DNA of 64,000 nt from Rickettsiales bacterium (GCA_047404135.1 JBDOIT010000002.1:26439-90438), one strand, 5' to 3'. Shown: positions 24,835 to 35,403, numbered from the stretch's first letter. Made by a program: numbers and translations. Notes: generated by a model not told the origin, from the letters alone.

Positions 24835-25479
24835 CTATCTTCTCTTAAAATCAATTATAAAAATAACAGTTAGAATTAATGCTAAACTAAACCATGTTAT
24901 TGAATATTCTAAATGCCTGTTCGGAATACTCCTGATATCAAATGCCGTTTTCATTCCAGACATCATATCATCTGGCTTACTTAACAGTATTAAATACGGA
25001 GCTACCTTCAATCCAGTATAGCTTGATATATCTTTATAGTTCAAACTAAACCACTCGTTTTTCAGCATATTATTGCTTGGGCCCATAATGCTCCCCTTGT
25101 ATAAATCTACCAAACGTCCTTCTATTTCCTTTTTTGTTATCGAAATATTGCTATCTCTTTTCTTCTCAGACCATCCAAGGCTTATAAGTATGACAGAGCG
25201 GTCCTCCATTATTAATGGCACCAATGTTTCGTAACCTGGTTTATTGCCTAGTAATCGATAGTAATATATTATTTTAGGTGAGAAGAACCCCTCAACTCTA
25301 ATTTTCTTATATTTATAAAATGGAAATTGCGATGAGTAATAAATATCTATGATTTCTTTATTCTCTTTTATAGTTTCTATAATTTGGTTCTTATGCTGCA
25401 ATCTAAATATTTGCCAAACAGATAGCCCCAGAAGAATCGAAAGCATGGCGCAGAATAAAATGATTTTCTTCATAAGCAA
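24835..25479 (-). CDS. SURF1-family cytochrome oxidase assembly protein
   Basis: 214 aa. N-terminal TM followed by WQIFRLQHK, and a C-terminal NRHLEYSITWFSLALIL motif. Lies immediately downstream of ctaE. Confidence 0.85.
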   Translation of the reverse strand: MLMKKIILFCAMLSILLGLSVWQIFRLQHKNQIIETIKENKEIIDIYYSSQFPFYKYKKIRVEGFFSPKIIYYYRLLGNKPGYETLVPLIMEDRSVILISLGWSEKKRDSNISITKKEIEGRLVDLYKGSIMGPSNNMLKNEWFSLNYKDISSYTGLKVAPYLILLSKPDDMMSGMKTAFDIRSIPNRHLEYSITWFSLALILTVIFIIDFKRR

Positions 25480-25480
25480 G

Positions 25481-26302
25481 CTATCCGCCCATCACATATA
25501 CAAAGACGAATAAGAACAACCAAATCACATCAACGAAATGCCAATACCATGCAGCAAACTCAAATCCTAGATGCCCTCTACCCTCAGCAAAATGCCCATC
25601 CCGAGCACGGTATAAACACACAGCTAAAAATATTGTTCCTATTATCACATGCGCACCATGGAAACCAGTAATCATATAAAAATTCGAAGCAAAGATCCCA
25701 TCCTTCCAATGAAATTCTGCATGATGATACTCATACATTTGTAACAAACTAAATACAACACCAAGTCCAACGGTGATAGATAATGCCTTCACTAATTCTT
25801 CTTGTTTATTGTCTATTAAAGCATGATGTGCCCAAGTCACTGTTGTGCCAGATAAAAGCAAAATTAATGTATTTAAAAATGGTATATTCCAAGCATCTAA
25901 AAGCTTTATACCTTCAGGCGGCCATACGCCTTTTTTTACAGGCCATACTTCTCCATTTAATATATCTGATGGGAATAAACTTGAATTAAAGAAGGACCAA
26001 AAGAATACAAAGAAAAACATCACTTCAGAGATTATAAATAATAGCATCCCTAAGCTAAGACCTTTACGAACAACTCTCGAGTGAGCCATATCAATGCGCC
26101 CCTCTCTAATAACCTCGTACCACCAATATGCCATCACAGAAGCTATAGATGCAAACCCCGCCAATAATGTGGGTATTCCAAATCTATATTCATGCATAAA
26201 CATCACACCTCCAATAGCCAATATGAATAATGCCAATGCCGCCAATGCCGGTAAAGGGCTTGGATTTACTAAATGATATTTATGCTCCGCTTTATTACTC
26301 AC
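25481..26302 (-). CDS. ctaE: Cytochrome c oxidase subunit III
   Basis: 273 aa with a GTG start preceded by AGGAGA. HKYHLVNPSPLP, YWWYEVIREG, GFHGAHVIIGT and AAWYWHFVDVIWLFLF motifs. Confidence 0.95.
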   Translation of the reverse strand: MSNKAEHKYHLVNPSPLPALAALALFILAIGGVMFMHEYRFGIPTLLAGFASIASVMAYWWYEVIREGRIDMAHSRVVRKGLSLGMLLFIISEVMFFFVFFWSFFNSSLFPSDILNGEVWPVKKGVWPPEGIKLLDAWNIPFLNTLILLLSGTTVTWAHHALIDNKQEELVKALSITVGLGVVFSLLQMYEYHHAEFHWKDGIFASNFYMITGFHGAHVIIGTIFLAVCLYRARDGHFAEGRGHLGFEFAAWYWHFVDVIWLFLFVFVYVMGG

Positions 26303-26330
26303 AACTCTCTCCTAAAAGGTTTCTAAGCCG

Positions 26331-26358
26331 AATATAAAATATTCTACATCCTTGTCCA
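26331..26358 (-). promoter_or_regulatory. Candidate promoter for the ctaE-surf1 operon
   Basis: The minus strand reads TGGACA, a 16-nt spacer, then TATATT. Ends about 28 nt upstream of the GTG start. It is embedded in the motif ATATTGTGGACAAGG, which is shared with the pdhA upstream region. Confidence 0.35.
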
Positions 26359-26550
26359 CAATATTTCAAAGAAGAAAATGATAAATGCCTGAATGTTATT
26401 TTAGTCACACCAATCAGAATACTATTCTTCTAATCAGGAACCTGCAATCTTCGTGCAACCTTATGAGAAATCATAAAAAACAAAGTAGCTTGATTAATCC
26501 TACCCATTTTCCTATACTGCAAGTCATTTACAACAAAGTTTTATTAAAAA

Positions 26551-27765
26551 ATGCACAATCATTTTGATAAAAAATATAATTTTTCTATACTGCTTTCGCT
26601 AATTCTTGGAGTAGGATTAGGTTACTATAATAACCCTACAATAAACGACATTTCCTCTTACTTCATTAAAGGATTTGTAAACTTACTTCAGTTTATCAGC
26701 TTGCCCATTATCTTCCTATCCCTTACAGCAGCTATTACAAAGCTAGATACAAAAGAATCTTTGAAAATGATTCTTGGGAAAACTTTAAAATACACCCTGC
26801 TCACAACTTTTATAGCAGCTATTATTGCTATGCTTGTGTACCAATTCATTCTTGTTGAAAATATCAGCATCATAGAAAATACGAGCTTGGGAGAAATTAA
26901 AAAATCAAACATTGCAAAATATTTGATCAATATCATTCCATCCAACATAGTGAATATTTTCGCTGAAAATAATATTATGGCCGTTGTTTTTTCTGCACTT
27001 TTAATGGGCATTACATCTCTATTTGTAGATACTCAGTATAAAACCAACATTAACCAGATCTTTACCTCTTTCTTCGAGCTGTTCATGAAAATTGCAATAT
27101 TCGTATTAAAGCTAATGCCTTTTGTAATGTGGGCTTTTGCGATTGCATTTATAAAAGACACGCAATCTGGTTTTGCAATTTCAAGCCTTGCTTTCTATAT
27201 CGCAGCAGTAGTTATCGCAAACATAGTGCAGACAGTTGTGGTACTTCCTATACTCTTAAAGATAAAAGGTATTTCACCAACACAAACTTTCAAAGGAATG
27301 GTCCCAGCTTTAATTACAGCATTCTTTTCAAAATCTTCCAGCGCAACAATGCCAACTACAATGCATTGTGTTAGTAACAATTTGAAGATAAATAAAAAAA
27401 TTGCATCAATCACCGTGCCTCTATGTACTACGATCAATATGAATGCATGCGCAGGATTCATCTATATCACTGTATTATTCGTATCCCAGAGCAATGGTGT
27501 AATATTTGCAGAACTAGATTATGTCAGCTGGATATTCCTTGCCGTCATCGCAGCAGTCGGGAATGCCGGAGTACCTATGGGATGTTTTTTTATGTCTTCC
27601 GCGTATTTAGCAAGCATGGGGGTTTCAACATATATGATGGGTATCATACTGCCTTTTTACACAATATTAGATATGTTCGAAACCGCTATAAACGTCTGGT
27701 CTGATTCTTGCGTAACAAGCGTTGTCGCTAAGGAATCAGAAGAAGAGAACCTCAGCAAAGTTTAG
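26551..27765 (+). CDS. Dicarboxylate/amino acid:cation symporter (DAACS, GltP-like)
   Basis: 404 aa polytopic protein. Signature SSSATMP (SSSA[AT]LP-type) plus the reentrant-loop region GVPMG. Confidence 0.9.
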   Translation: MHNHFDKKYNFSILLSLILGVGLGYYNNPTINDISSYFIKGFVNLLQFISLPIIFLSLTAAITKLDTKESLKMILGKTLKYTLLTTFIAAIIAMLVYQFILVENISIIENTSLGEIKKSNIAKYLINIIPSNIVNIFAENNIMAVVFSALLMGITSLFVDTQYKTNINQIFTSFFELFMKIAIFVLKLMPFVMWAFAIAFIKDTQSGFAISSLAFYIAAVVIANIVQTVVVLPILLKIKGISPTQTFKGMVPALITAFFSKSSSATMPTTMHCVSNNLKINKKIASITVPLCTTINMNACAGFIYITVLFVSQSNGVIFAELDYVSWIFLAVIAAVGNAGVPMGCFFMSSAYLASMGVSTYMMGIILPFYTILDMFETAINVWSDSCVTSVVAKESEEENLSKV

Positions 27766-27788
27766 TTCTTTTATGCTATCTATGGAAT

Positions 27789-27817
27789 AAAAAAAATGCC
27801 CCAGCAAAGCCAGGGCA
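27789..27817 (-). terminator. Probable rho-independent terminator for the acidic repeat-protein gene
   Basis: The minus strand has an imperfect hairpin (TGCCCTGGC-ttt-GCTGGGGCA, 7 of 9 pairs) followed by T8. It starts 17 nt after the stop at 27834. Confidence 0.45.
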
Positions 27818-27833
27818 ACTTTAAAGACTTATA

Positions 27834-28442
27834 CTAAGCCGTTGTGTCTTCAACTACTGGAGTTGCATCTCCTGTTGTTTCTGTTTTTGCTTCTTCTAGA
27901 GTCCAGCCAGACATTAAATTATCAAATTCTGCTTTAGAATTTGTAGCCCAATCTTTCAACTCATCTTCAAAAAACTTTACTTGGTCATCACGCATTTGCT
28001 CATGAAATGATCTAGTTGTCTCTCTTGTTTGTTTCCAACTCTCTGTCATATTAGCTCTTTTTGCAGAAAGACTATCGAGACTGTTCTGATAGCTAACTCC
28101 AGCGTCAATAACCCTTTTGTCATTAAAGTGAAGATTTTGTGCATGAGTAGCATTAAGTGAAGTATCACTAGCTAAATATTCTGCATGTGACTTTTGTGTA
28201 AATTCTTCAATAAACTTACCAAACTTTGATTCAACTGACTCCAATTCATTAATTGCATCTTCTAAAGTTACTTCTGGTATCACAGGCTCTTTAACTACTT
28301 CAGGAGCAGCTGTAGTTGTTTCGTCTACTACTGTTTCTGTTGTTTCAGGAGCAGCTGTAGTTGTTTCGTCTACTACTGTTTCTGTTGTTTCAGGAGCAGC
28401 TGCAGTTGTTTCGTCTAATACTGTTTCTGTTGTTTCAGGCAT
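27834..28442 (-). CDS. Acidic tandem-repeat protein, function unknown
   Basis: 202 aa with no signal peptide. The N-terminus holds three 15-aa units (PETTETVVDETTTAA). It is followed by a helical, Glu/Asp-rich domain and an acidic Thr-rich tail. I recognise no family. Confidence 0.6.
   Translation of the reverse strand: MPETTETVLDETTAAAPETTETVVDETTTAAPETTETVVDETTTAAPEVVKEPVIPEVTLEDAINELESVESKFGKFIEEFTQKSHAEYLASDTSLNATHAQNLHFNDKRVIDAGVSYQNSLDSLSAKRANMTESWKQTRETTRSFHEQMRDDQVKFFEDELKDWATNSKAEFDNLMSGWTLEEAKTETTGDATPVVEDTTA
28301..28435 (-). repeat. 3 x 45-bp in-frame tandem repeat at the 5' end of the acidic protein gene
   Basis: Plus-strand units caggagcagctgtagttgtttcgtctactactgtttctgttgttt occupy 28301-28345 and 28346-28390 and are identical. 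The third unit (28391-28435) differs at 2 positions. Confidence 0.9.
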
Positions 28443-29082
28443 AAATCCCTCTGAGATTAAAAGTTATAAGAATATAGCTTTGCAACTATAGATAGAAATA
28501 CTATCCTGAATAAATCCCTCCTTCAATGTCAAAAAGGATTTTTCTTACAGCTCTTGAAGAAATCCATAATGCTATGCTAAAAGATCACATATTTAGGATT
28601 TATAATAAAGCATTGATAGAGAAGAATGTAGATAAAACAACTGTTTGTTATATTCCTTCTCTTGCACAAGAAATGCACAGGGATTCTGAAGATATCGGAC
28701 AAATAGACACGAAACCTCTAAAACACCTTCTTTATCTACAGATAATATTGCAAAAGTACCGGTGAATTTCTACGCATTAGAAATAGCACTATATAGTTGC
28801 TCAGTAAAAAAGTACTATAATTTAAACCTAGGTTTTTCTGATGGTAGTCTTTTTTATCTATTTTATAAATACAGCACTCACCTAAAATATTGAGGGTGCC
28901 CTGACAATGCTCTATGGAAACTATACAAGAATTGGCAGGAGCGGAAGGAACTGCGTCTTAATGGCCATCTACGAAGATACAGTAGAAGTGGCTGGTAAGA
29001 TTACGGATGCAGAAGATGCATTTCATTAATAGCTTTAATATATCTTCAGAAAAAATAAGTGTAAGTCTTTTAGCGCCCTTTT

Positions 29083-29691
29083 TTATTGTCCTATTCCTAA
29101 AAACTCAGCCTTTACTCCACCAACTATCATCTCAACCGCTATAGCACCCAGAATAATAGCCATGATTCTTGTAATAATTGTAATCCCTGTTTTTCCCATA
29201 ATTTTATTTATAAAATTAGAGGCAGCAAGTATTATAAAAGTTATAGCAGAAGCACATACAATAGCTAGAACTATCGCTTCAAAATCACTCATACCATGAG
29301 CATTGGAAGAAAATGCTATTGTTTTGCTAATAGATCCAGGTCCAGCCATAATAGGTAATGCCAATGGAACTATAGCAGGGTTAGAATGCTTCTCCTCAGG
29401 GATCTCAGAAGTCTTCGAGTGCATCATAGATAGTGCAATCATTCCAATTAATATTCCTCCAGCTATTTGAAAACCTCCAACACTTATACCAAAAACTGCA
29501 AGAGCAGCTTTACCAGAATATGCAGCTAAAACCAATATTACTAAGACAGCTAAAGAAGAAAAGAATGCTATCTTTATCTGTTCTGACTTTGAATCACCTC
29601 TGGTCAAGGATAAGAAGATCGGAAGAGTAACCAGTGGATTCATTATTGCCATCAACCCAGCAAAGAATTTAAAAAACAAAACGTAATTCAT
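29083..29691 (-). CDS. MarC-family (UPF0056) integral membrane protein
   Basis: 202 aa, six hydrophobic segments. The N-terminal MAIMNPLVTLPIFLSLT is the MarC NPxxxxPxF-type motif. Confidence 0.85.
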   Translation of the reverse strand: MNYVLFFKFFAGLMAIMNPLVTLPIFLSLTRGDSKSEQIKIAFFSSLAVLVILVLAAYSGKAALAVFGISVGGFQIAGGILIGMIALSMMHSKTSEIPEEKHSNPAIVPLALPIMAGPGSISKTIAFSSNAHGMSDFEAIVLAIVCASAITFIILAASNFINKIMGKTGITIITRIMAIILGAIAVEMIVGGVKAEFLGIGQ

Positions 29692-29739
29692 AATAATATC
29701 TAATAGAATACTTATATTAACATTCTATTTCTTCAACTA

Positions 29740-30678
29740 TTAGTTATACAATGTTTTTTCTCTTTCTGCTCTCAATTTTTTGAAATCATCCCCTGCGTGA
29801 TAAGAAGACCTTGTCAGCGGAGATGATGAAACCATGAGGAACCCCTTTGATTTCGCCATACGTGCGTAATACTCAAACTCTTCTGGCTCAACATATTTTT
29901 CTACTTTCGCATGCTTGCTGGATGGCTGCAGATACTGACCTATCGTAATGAAATCTACATTTGCAGTTCGCATATCGTCCATCACCTGCAATATCTCGTC
30001 CTTCTTCTCACCAAGCCCAACCATCAGTCCTGACTTTGTGAATATAGTAGGGTCTAACTCCTTCACGCGCTCAAGCAAACGTATAGAGTGAAAATACCTC
30101 GCACCTGGGCGAACATTGTGGTACAGGCCCGGTACAGTCTCGATATTATGATTAAACACGTCTGGTTTCGCTTTTACTACCTTCTCAAGTGCACCTTCCT
30201 TTCGCAAAAAGTCTGGGGTTAAAATCTCAATTGTTGTCTTCGGAGAAAATGTTCTGATTTTCTGTATACATTCCACGAAATGACCGGCTCCTCCATCATC
30301 AAGATCATCTCTATCAACAGATGTAATGACAATATGTGATAGACCTAACTTCCCCGCAGTTAACGCTACCCTATCCGGCTCGTGTGGGTCTAATTTATCA
30401 GGAATGCCTGTTTCAATGTTACAAAATGAGCAGTTTCTTGTACAAACAGAACCAAGAATCATCACAGTAGCATGCTTCTTTTCCCAACACTCACCAATAT
30501 TAGGACACGCTGCCTCCTGGCAAACCGTGTTCAATTTTAAATCATCGATAATTGCCTTAGTCTTCTGGTATTTCTTTGAAATAGGAGCTTTTACACGAAT
30601 CCAATATGGCTTTTTGAGCAAAGTTTTCTCACCAGTAGGATTTGCTAGCTTTTTAATTTTTGGTGCAGTTAAGGTCAT
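29740..30678 (-). CDS. lipA: Lipoyl synthase
   Basis: 312 aa. Auxiliary cluster motif [13 protein letters not shown] and radical-SAM motif CTRNCSFC. Confidence 0.95.
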   Translation of the reverse strand: MTLTAPKIKKLANPTGEKTLLKKPYWIRVKAPISKKYQKTKAIIDDLKLNTVCQEAACPNIGECWEKKHATVMILGSVCTRNCSFCNIETGIPDKLDPHEPDRVALTAGKLGLSHIVITSVDRDDLDDGGAGHFVECIQKIRTFSPKTTIEILTPDFLRKEGALEKVVKAKPDVFNHNIETVPGLYHNVRPGARYFHSIRLLERVKELDPTIFTKSGLMVGLGEKKDEILQVMDDMRTANVDFITIGQYLQPSSKHAKVEKYVEPEEFEYYARMAKSKGFLMVSSSPLTRSSYHAGDDFKKLRAEREKTLYN

Positions 30679-30692
30679 AAATACCTCACTAA

Positions 30693-32069
30693 TTATATAT
30701 GAATTGCTCTACCATAAGCATTCAGCACAGATTCGTGCATAGACTCAGATAGAGTTGGATGTGGGAATATTGTGTGCATCAATTCTTCTTCTGTAGTCTC
30801 CATCCCTATAGCTACTACATATCCTTGAATCATCTCTGTCACCTCAGCGCCAACCATGTGCGCACCTAATAACTCTCCAGTTTTTTCATCAAATATAGTT
30901 TTGACAAATCCATTTGTATCACCCAGTGCAATAGCTTTACCATTAGCTATGAATGGGAATTTACCAACCTTTATTGCATATCCCCGCTCTTTTGCCTGGT
31001 CTTCAGTAAGACCAACACTTGCAACCTGTGGCATTGCATATGTACATCCAGGAATTATCTCCTTCTTCATAGGATGAACCTTCTTCTGTCCTGCAATTTT
31101 CTCAATACATATTACACCTTCATGGCTAGCTTTATGAGCAAGCCACGGAGCACCCGCAACATCTCCAATAGCATAAATCCCTTGTTCGCTAGTTTCACAC
31201 CATTGGTTTGTACGAATACTTCCTTTGTCTAGTTGAACTTTTGTATTCTCCAAACCCAACTCTTCTGTGTTTGCTTGAATACCAACAGCCATAATAATAG
31301 AGTCAAAATCTTCTTTGATCTCTTTTTTTCCATTAATAATCTTTGCTGTAACTTTATTCTTTTTCTTTTCTACAGAATCAAGCTTTGCACCAACTAAAAT
31401 TCTCATTCCTTGAGATTCAAAAGATTTCTTCATGAAAGCAGATACTTCCCTATCTTCCACCGGCATAATTTTATCTGCAATTTCTACTATAGTTACTTCA
31501 GCTCCCATATTTCTATAGAAACTTGCAAACTCTACACCTATGGCACCAGATCCAACTACTAATAATTTCTTGGGGAATTTCTGAGGTGTCATAGCCTCCT
31601 TATATGTCATAATCAAATCACCATCTGGCTCAAGACCTGGGAGGATACGCGCCCTAGCACCCGTTGCAATTATTATATGCTTTGCTTCTATTTTGTTAGA
31701 TGCAACTGAAACCTTACCTGTAGATAGAATCTTCGCTGTTCCTTTAATAACATCAATCTTATTTTTCTTCATCAAATGATCTATTCCAGATGAAAGCTTA
31801 GACGATACTTTTCTCGAACGATTTACAATCTTCTTAATATCAAATTCAACGCCTTTTACCTTTATTCCGAATTGATCTGCATTCTGAATTAAGTGATGAA
31901 CCTCAGAGGATCTAAGCAAAGATTTTGTTGGGATACAACCCCAATTCAAACAAACACCTCCCATTTTATCTTTCTCAATAACGATGGTTTTGAGTCCTAA
32001 TTGAGCGGCTCTTATAGCAGCTACATACCCACCAGGTCCTCCGCCAATCACTAAAACGTCGTATTTCAT
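30693..32069 (-). CDS. lpdA: Dihydrolipoyl dehydrogenase (E3)
   Basis: 458 aa. GGGPGGY FAD motif, redox disulfide [13 protein letters not shown], and C-terminal HPTLSE. Confidence 0.95.
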   Translation of the reverse strand: MKYDVLVIGGGPGGYVAAIRAAQLGLKTIVIEKDKMGGVCLNWGCIPTKSLLRSSEVHHLIQNADQFGIKVKGVEFDIKKIVNRSRKVSSKLSSGIDHLMKKNKIDVIKGTAKILSTGKVSVASNKIEAKHIIIATGARARILPGLEPDGDLIMTYKEAMTPQKFPKKLLVVGSGAIGVEFASFYRNMGAEVTIVEIADKIMPVEDREVSAFMKKSFESQGMRILVGAKLDSVEKKKNKVTAKIINGKKEIKEDFDSIIMAVGIQANTEELGLENTKVQLDKGSIRTNQWCETSEQGIYAIGDVAGAPWLAHKASHEGVICIEKIAGQKKVHPMKKEIIPGCTYAMPQVASVGLTEDQAKERGYAIKVGKFPFIANGKAIALGDTNGFVKTIFDEKTGELLGAHMVGAEVTEMIQGYVVAIGMETTEEELMHTIFPHPTLSESMHESVLNAYGRAIHI

Positions 32070-32082
32070 TTTATTACTCCTT

Positions 32083-33360
32083 TTAGATTAATAGTCTAGA
32101 TGGGTTCTCAATTAAATCTTTTGCCGCATTTACAAATATCGCAGCAACCGCACCATCAACAACTCTATGATCACAAGAAATTGTGATATTCATTAGACTT
32201 ACCAAAGCAATATCACCATCTTGAACGCCCACTTCTTGTCTAGCAGCACCTACTGAGAAAATACTACTTTGAGGAGGATTAATGATAGCATTAAATTGCT
32301 TAATTCCGTACATTCCTAGATTAGAGATAGTTACACTTCCACCTTGAAATTCATCCGGAGCAAGTGTTCCATTATTAGCTTTCGCAGCCAAAGCCTTCAT
32401 CTCTTTAGAAATATTGAATATATCTTTTTGGTCAGCATTCCTTATAATAGGAGTGACCAAGCCATCCGCTATTGCAACAGCGACAGAAACATCTACATTA
32501 TTATGCTGAATTATAGAAGTCTTGTTCCACATAGTATTTGCTTCAGGAACTGCAGCTAGAGCTTTTGCAATCGCCTTAATCACAAGATCATTCACAGAAA
32601 TCTTAAACTCTGGATTTTTAGGATCCGCAGTTCCATTGATCTCCCTTCTCATCTCAAGCAACTTATCTACGTTACAATCTACTGATAGATAGAAATGTGG
32701 AATATTTTGCTTAGACTCAGATAACCTTGTTGCAATAATCCCTCTCATTGTGGACAAAGGTATCTCCGAAGTTTCAGGTGTAATACGAGTCACGTGACCA
32801 GACATGCCCGTACCGCCGCCTCTTCCTATCATCTTAAGAACATCTTCTTTTACAACACGACCTTTAGGGCCAGTTCCTTGCAAACCCTCTAATGCTACAT
32901 TATTTTGTTGACCTAGTTTTCTTGCCAAAGGAGATGCATTAACTCTACCTCCCGCTGAAGGCGCTGCTTGCGGCTGAGCCTCTTCTGCTTTTGGCTCTTC
33001 TTTGTGCGCAGGTTCCTCTGCTTTATCTTCAGATTCCTTATCTTGTGCTTCAGAATCTTTTGTATCAGATTTCTCTTCTGCTCCAACTGCTTCATCTTTA
33101 ATAGCAGATCTATCCTCGCCATCTTCAAGAAGAACAGCGATTGTACTCCCAACTTTCACAGCTTTTGTTCCCGCTGGTACTACTATTTTGCCAAGAACAC
33201 CTTCATCAACAGCCTCTACTTCCATAGTGGCTTTGTCGGTTTCAATTTCTGCGATAACATCACCAGAAGATACTTTATCTCCTTCCTTCTTGTGCCATTC
33301 AGACAAGTTCCCCTCAGTCATTGTTGGGGATAGTGCGGGCATTAAAATTTTTATTGGCAT
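32083..33360 (-). CDS. pdhC: Pyruvate dehydrogenase E2, dihydrolipoamide acetyltransferase
   Basis: 425 aa. Lipoyl domain (IETDKATMEVEA), an Ala/Glu/Lys-rich linker, an E3-binding domain (SPLARKL) and the catalytic DHRVVDG. Confidence 0.95.
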   Translation of the reverse strand: MPIKILMPALSPTMTEGNLSEWHKKEGDKVSSGDVIAEIETDKATMEVEAVDEGVLGKIVVPAGTKAVKVGSTIAVLLEDGEDRSAIKDEAVGAEEKSDTKDSEAQDKESEDKAEEPAHKEEPKAEEAQPQAAPSAGGRVNASPLARKLGQQNNVALEGLQGTGPKGRVVKEDVLKMIGRGGGTGMSGHVTRITPETSEIPLSTMRGIIATRLSESKQNIPHFYLSVDCNVDKLLEMRREINGTADPKNPEFKISVNDLVIKAIAKALAAVPEANTMWNKTSIIQHNNVDVSVAVAIADGLVTPIIRNADQKDIFNISKEMKALAAKANNGTLAPDEFQGGSVTISNLGMYGIKQFNAIINPPQSSIFSVGAARQEVGVQDGDIALVSLMNITISCDHRVVDGAVAAIFVNAAKDLIENPSRLLI

Positions 33361-33390
33361 AACTCGATACTCTCCTAATAATTATAAAAA

Positions 33391-34362
33391 TTATCTATAA
33401 CAAACTTTCCTACAAGCATCGATTATATTCTCGACCTGCGGCAATGCAAGCTTTTCTAGATTTTCTGCATAAGGCAAAGGAGTTTCCTCAGCATTTACAT
33501 TTTCTGGAGGAGAATCAAGATAATCAAAAGCCTCTTTTACAACCAAACTGGAGATAGATGCCCCGAGACTCGCGAAGAACCACCCCTCTTCTACGGTAAC
33601 AAGTCTATTGGTTTTCATTACAGAATTGATAATTGTTTGTGTATCTAAAGGCCTCAATGTCCTTAGATCTATAACTTCTGCACTAATCCCTGAATTTTCT
33701 AATTCTTCAGCTGCCTTTAAAGCGCTACCTACTTGAAAAGAAAAAGCTACAATCGTTACATCAGTACCTTCTTTCACTATATTTGACTTACCTAGAGGTA
33801 TCTCTTTATCCTCAATATCAAAACTCTCACCATATAGCAATTCATGTTCCAAAAATACCACAGGAGAATTTTCACGTATCGCAGATTTTAGAAGAGCTTT
33901 AGCATCTGTAGCGCTGTAAGGTGCTACAACTTTTAAACCTGGTATATTTGAGTACCAACTAGCAAAACATTGTGAGTGCTGCGCTCCAACCCTAGATGCC
34001 GCACCGTTAGGCCCCCTAAATACGATAGGACAGCTAATAGCCCCACCAGACATATACTTTGTCTTAGCAGCAGAGTTTATAATTTGATCTATTGCTTGCA
34101 TAGCAAAGTTAAAAGTCATAAATTCCACTATAGGACGCAATCCCGCTATTGCAGCCCCAACACCAATACCCGCAAAACCATGCTCGGTAATAGTTGTATC
34201 TATTACTCTCTTCGGGCCGAATTCATCCAAAAGCCCCTGGCTCACTTTATAAGCGCCTTGGTATTCGGCAACTTCTTCACCCATCAAAAAGACCTTCTTG
34301 TCTTTTCTCATTTCCTCAGCCATAGCATCTCTCAATGCTTCCCTTACAGTAATCTTTGTCAT
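33391..34362 (-). CDS. pdhB: Pyruvate dehydrogenase E1 beta subunit
   Basis: 323 aa, transketolase-like pyrimidine-binding and C-terminal domains. There is no N-terminal lipoyl domain, unlike in many Alphaproteobacteria. Confidence 0.95.
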   Translation of the reverse strand: MTKITVREALRDAMAEEMRKDKKVFLMGEEVAEYQGAYKVSQGLLDEFGPKRVIDTTITEHGFAGIGVGAAIAGLRPIVEFMTFNFAMQAIDQIINSAAKTKYMSGGAISCPIVFRGPNGAASRVGAQHSQCFASWYSNIPGLKVVAPYSATDAKALLKSAIRENSPVVFLEHELLYGESFDIEDKEIPLGKSNIVKEGTDVTIVAFSFQVGSALKAAEELENSGISAEVIDLRTLRPLDTQTIINSVMKTNRLVTVEEGWFFASLGASISSLVVKEAFDYLDSPPENVNAEETPLPYAENLEKLALPQVENIIDACRKVCYR

Positions 34363-34371
34363 ATTCTACTA

Positions 34372-35334
34372 TTAATAAATATCGCTAAATAACTCTGACT
34401 CGTCTGGTTCTTTGCTGTTTTCACAGAATTCCACAGCCTGGAGAACCTCTTTTCTCATATCATTTTCTATCTTCTTTATCTCTTCCTCAGTAAGATATTT
34501 CTTCTTGAGTAACATATCTTTAAATCTAGCTATAGGATCTTTCTTATCCTTATATTCCTGCACTTCTTCTTTAGATCTGTATTTCGCAGGATCAGACATT
34601 GAATGTCCTCTGTAACGGTAAGTATTGATCTCCATCAATATAGGGCCTTTCCCTTTAGATACATGCTCTCTAGCCTTTTTACCAGATTCTTCTACTGCAA
34701 GAACATCCATGCCATCTACTTTCATACCAGGAATACCAAAGGACTCACCTCTCTTAGACAGGTCTGTCATAGCGGTAGATCTCTTTAGAGACGTACCCAT
34801 GGCGTATCCATTATTTTCAATTACATATATGACTGGTAAATTCCATAATTTTGCCAAGTTGAAGGATTCGTAAATCTGCCCCTGATGCGCAGCACCATCA
34901 CCATAGTAAACAAATGTAGCTCTGTCCGTCTTATTATAATTATCCGCAAATGCAAGACCCGTACCTATAGGAACCTGGGCGCCAACAATACCGTGCCCAC
35001 CATAGAAGTGACGATCTAAAGCAAACATATGCATTGATCCACCTTTACCTTTAGAACAACCAGTTTCCTTACCCATCAATTCAGCAAGAACTAGCTTTGG
35101 GTCTACATCAAGCGCAAGCATATTACCATGCGCTCTATAACTTGTTATATGCTTGTCACTTTTCTTCGAAGCAGATACCAGCCCAACATAGATTGCTTCC
35201 TGCCCTATACAAAGATGACAGAACCCACCTATCTTACCTAGACCGTATAATTGCCCCGCTCTTTCTTCGAATCTTCTTATAAGAACCATGTCCTTATAGA
35301 ACTTCTTATATTTACTCTTAAGGTCTTTATCCAA
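34372..35334 (-). CDS. pdhA: Pyruvate dehydrogenase E1 alpha subunit
   Basis: 320 aa. TPP-binding GDGAAHQG...NN motif and YRYRGHSMSDP. Confidence 0.95.
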   Translation of the reverse strand: MDKDLKSKYKKFYKDMVLIRRFEERAGQLYGLGKIGGFCHLCIGQEAIYVGLVSASKKSDKHITSYRAHGNMLALDVDPKLVLAELMGKETGCSKGKGGSMHMFALDRHFYGGHGIVGAQVPIGTGLAFADNYNKTDRATFVYYGDGAAHQGQIYESFNLAKLWNLPVIYVIENNGYAMGTSLKRSTAMTDLSKRGESFGIPGMKVDGMDVLAVEESGKKAREHVSKGKGPILMEINTYRYRGHSMSDPAKYRSKEEVQEYKDKKDPIARFKDMLLKKKYLTEEEIKKIENDMRKEVLQAVEFCENSKEPDESELFSDIY

Positions 35335-35374
35335 GAAAATCTCATATTTAATTAAAAACTAAACTGTTAGGTCT

Positions 35375-35403
35375 AAAATACTGACACCAAGGAGCTTTGT
35401 CCA
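35375..35403 (-). promoter_or_regulatory. Candidate promoter for the pdhA-pdhB-pdhC-lpdA-lipA operon
   Basis: The minus strand reads TGGACA, a 17-nt spacer, then TATTTT. Ends about 40 nt upstream of the pdhA ATG. It is embedded in ATATTTGTGGACAAAG, a motif shared with the ctaE upstream region. Confidence 0.35.

Noticed and set aside
28526-28765. A 79-aa ORF divergent from the acidic repeat-protein gene.
   Set aside because: No Shine-Dalgarno sequence (the upstream sequence is CTCCTTC), no motif, and an odd composition. I cannot tell it from a chance ORF in AT-rich DNA, so I left it uncalled.
28880-29030. A GC-richer patch containing GGCAGGAGCGGAAGGAACTGCG, which looks superficially like the SRP (4.5S) RNA GGAA-tetraloop helix. 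It also contains a 40-codon ORF (MLYGNY...AEDAFH*).
   Set aside because: The conserved 3' AGCA symmetric-loop bases and a complementary 5'/3' closing helix are not present. The small ORF has no RBS or recognisable family. It may be a gene remnant, but I cannot support it.
32913-33400. Three overlapping ORFs (79, 121 and 132 aa) over the 5' half of pdhC.
   Set aside because: They arise from the repetitive Ala/Glu/Lys linker and lipoyl-domain coding region of pdhC. The pdhC frame carries the lipoyl-Lys, E3-binding and DHRxxDG motifs.
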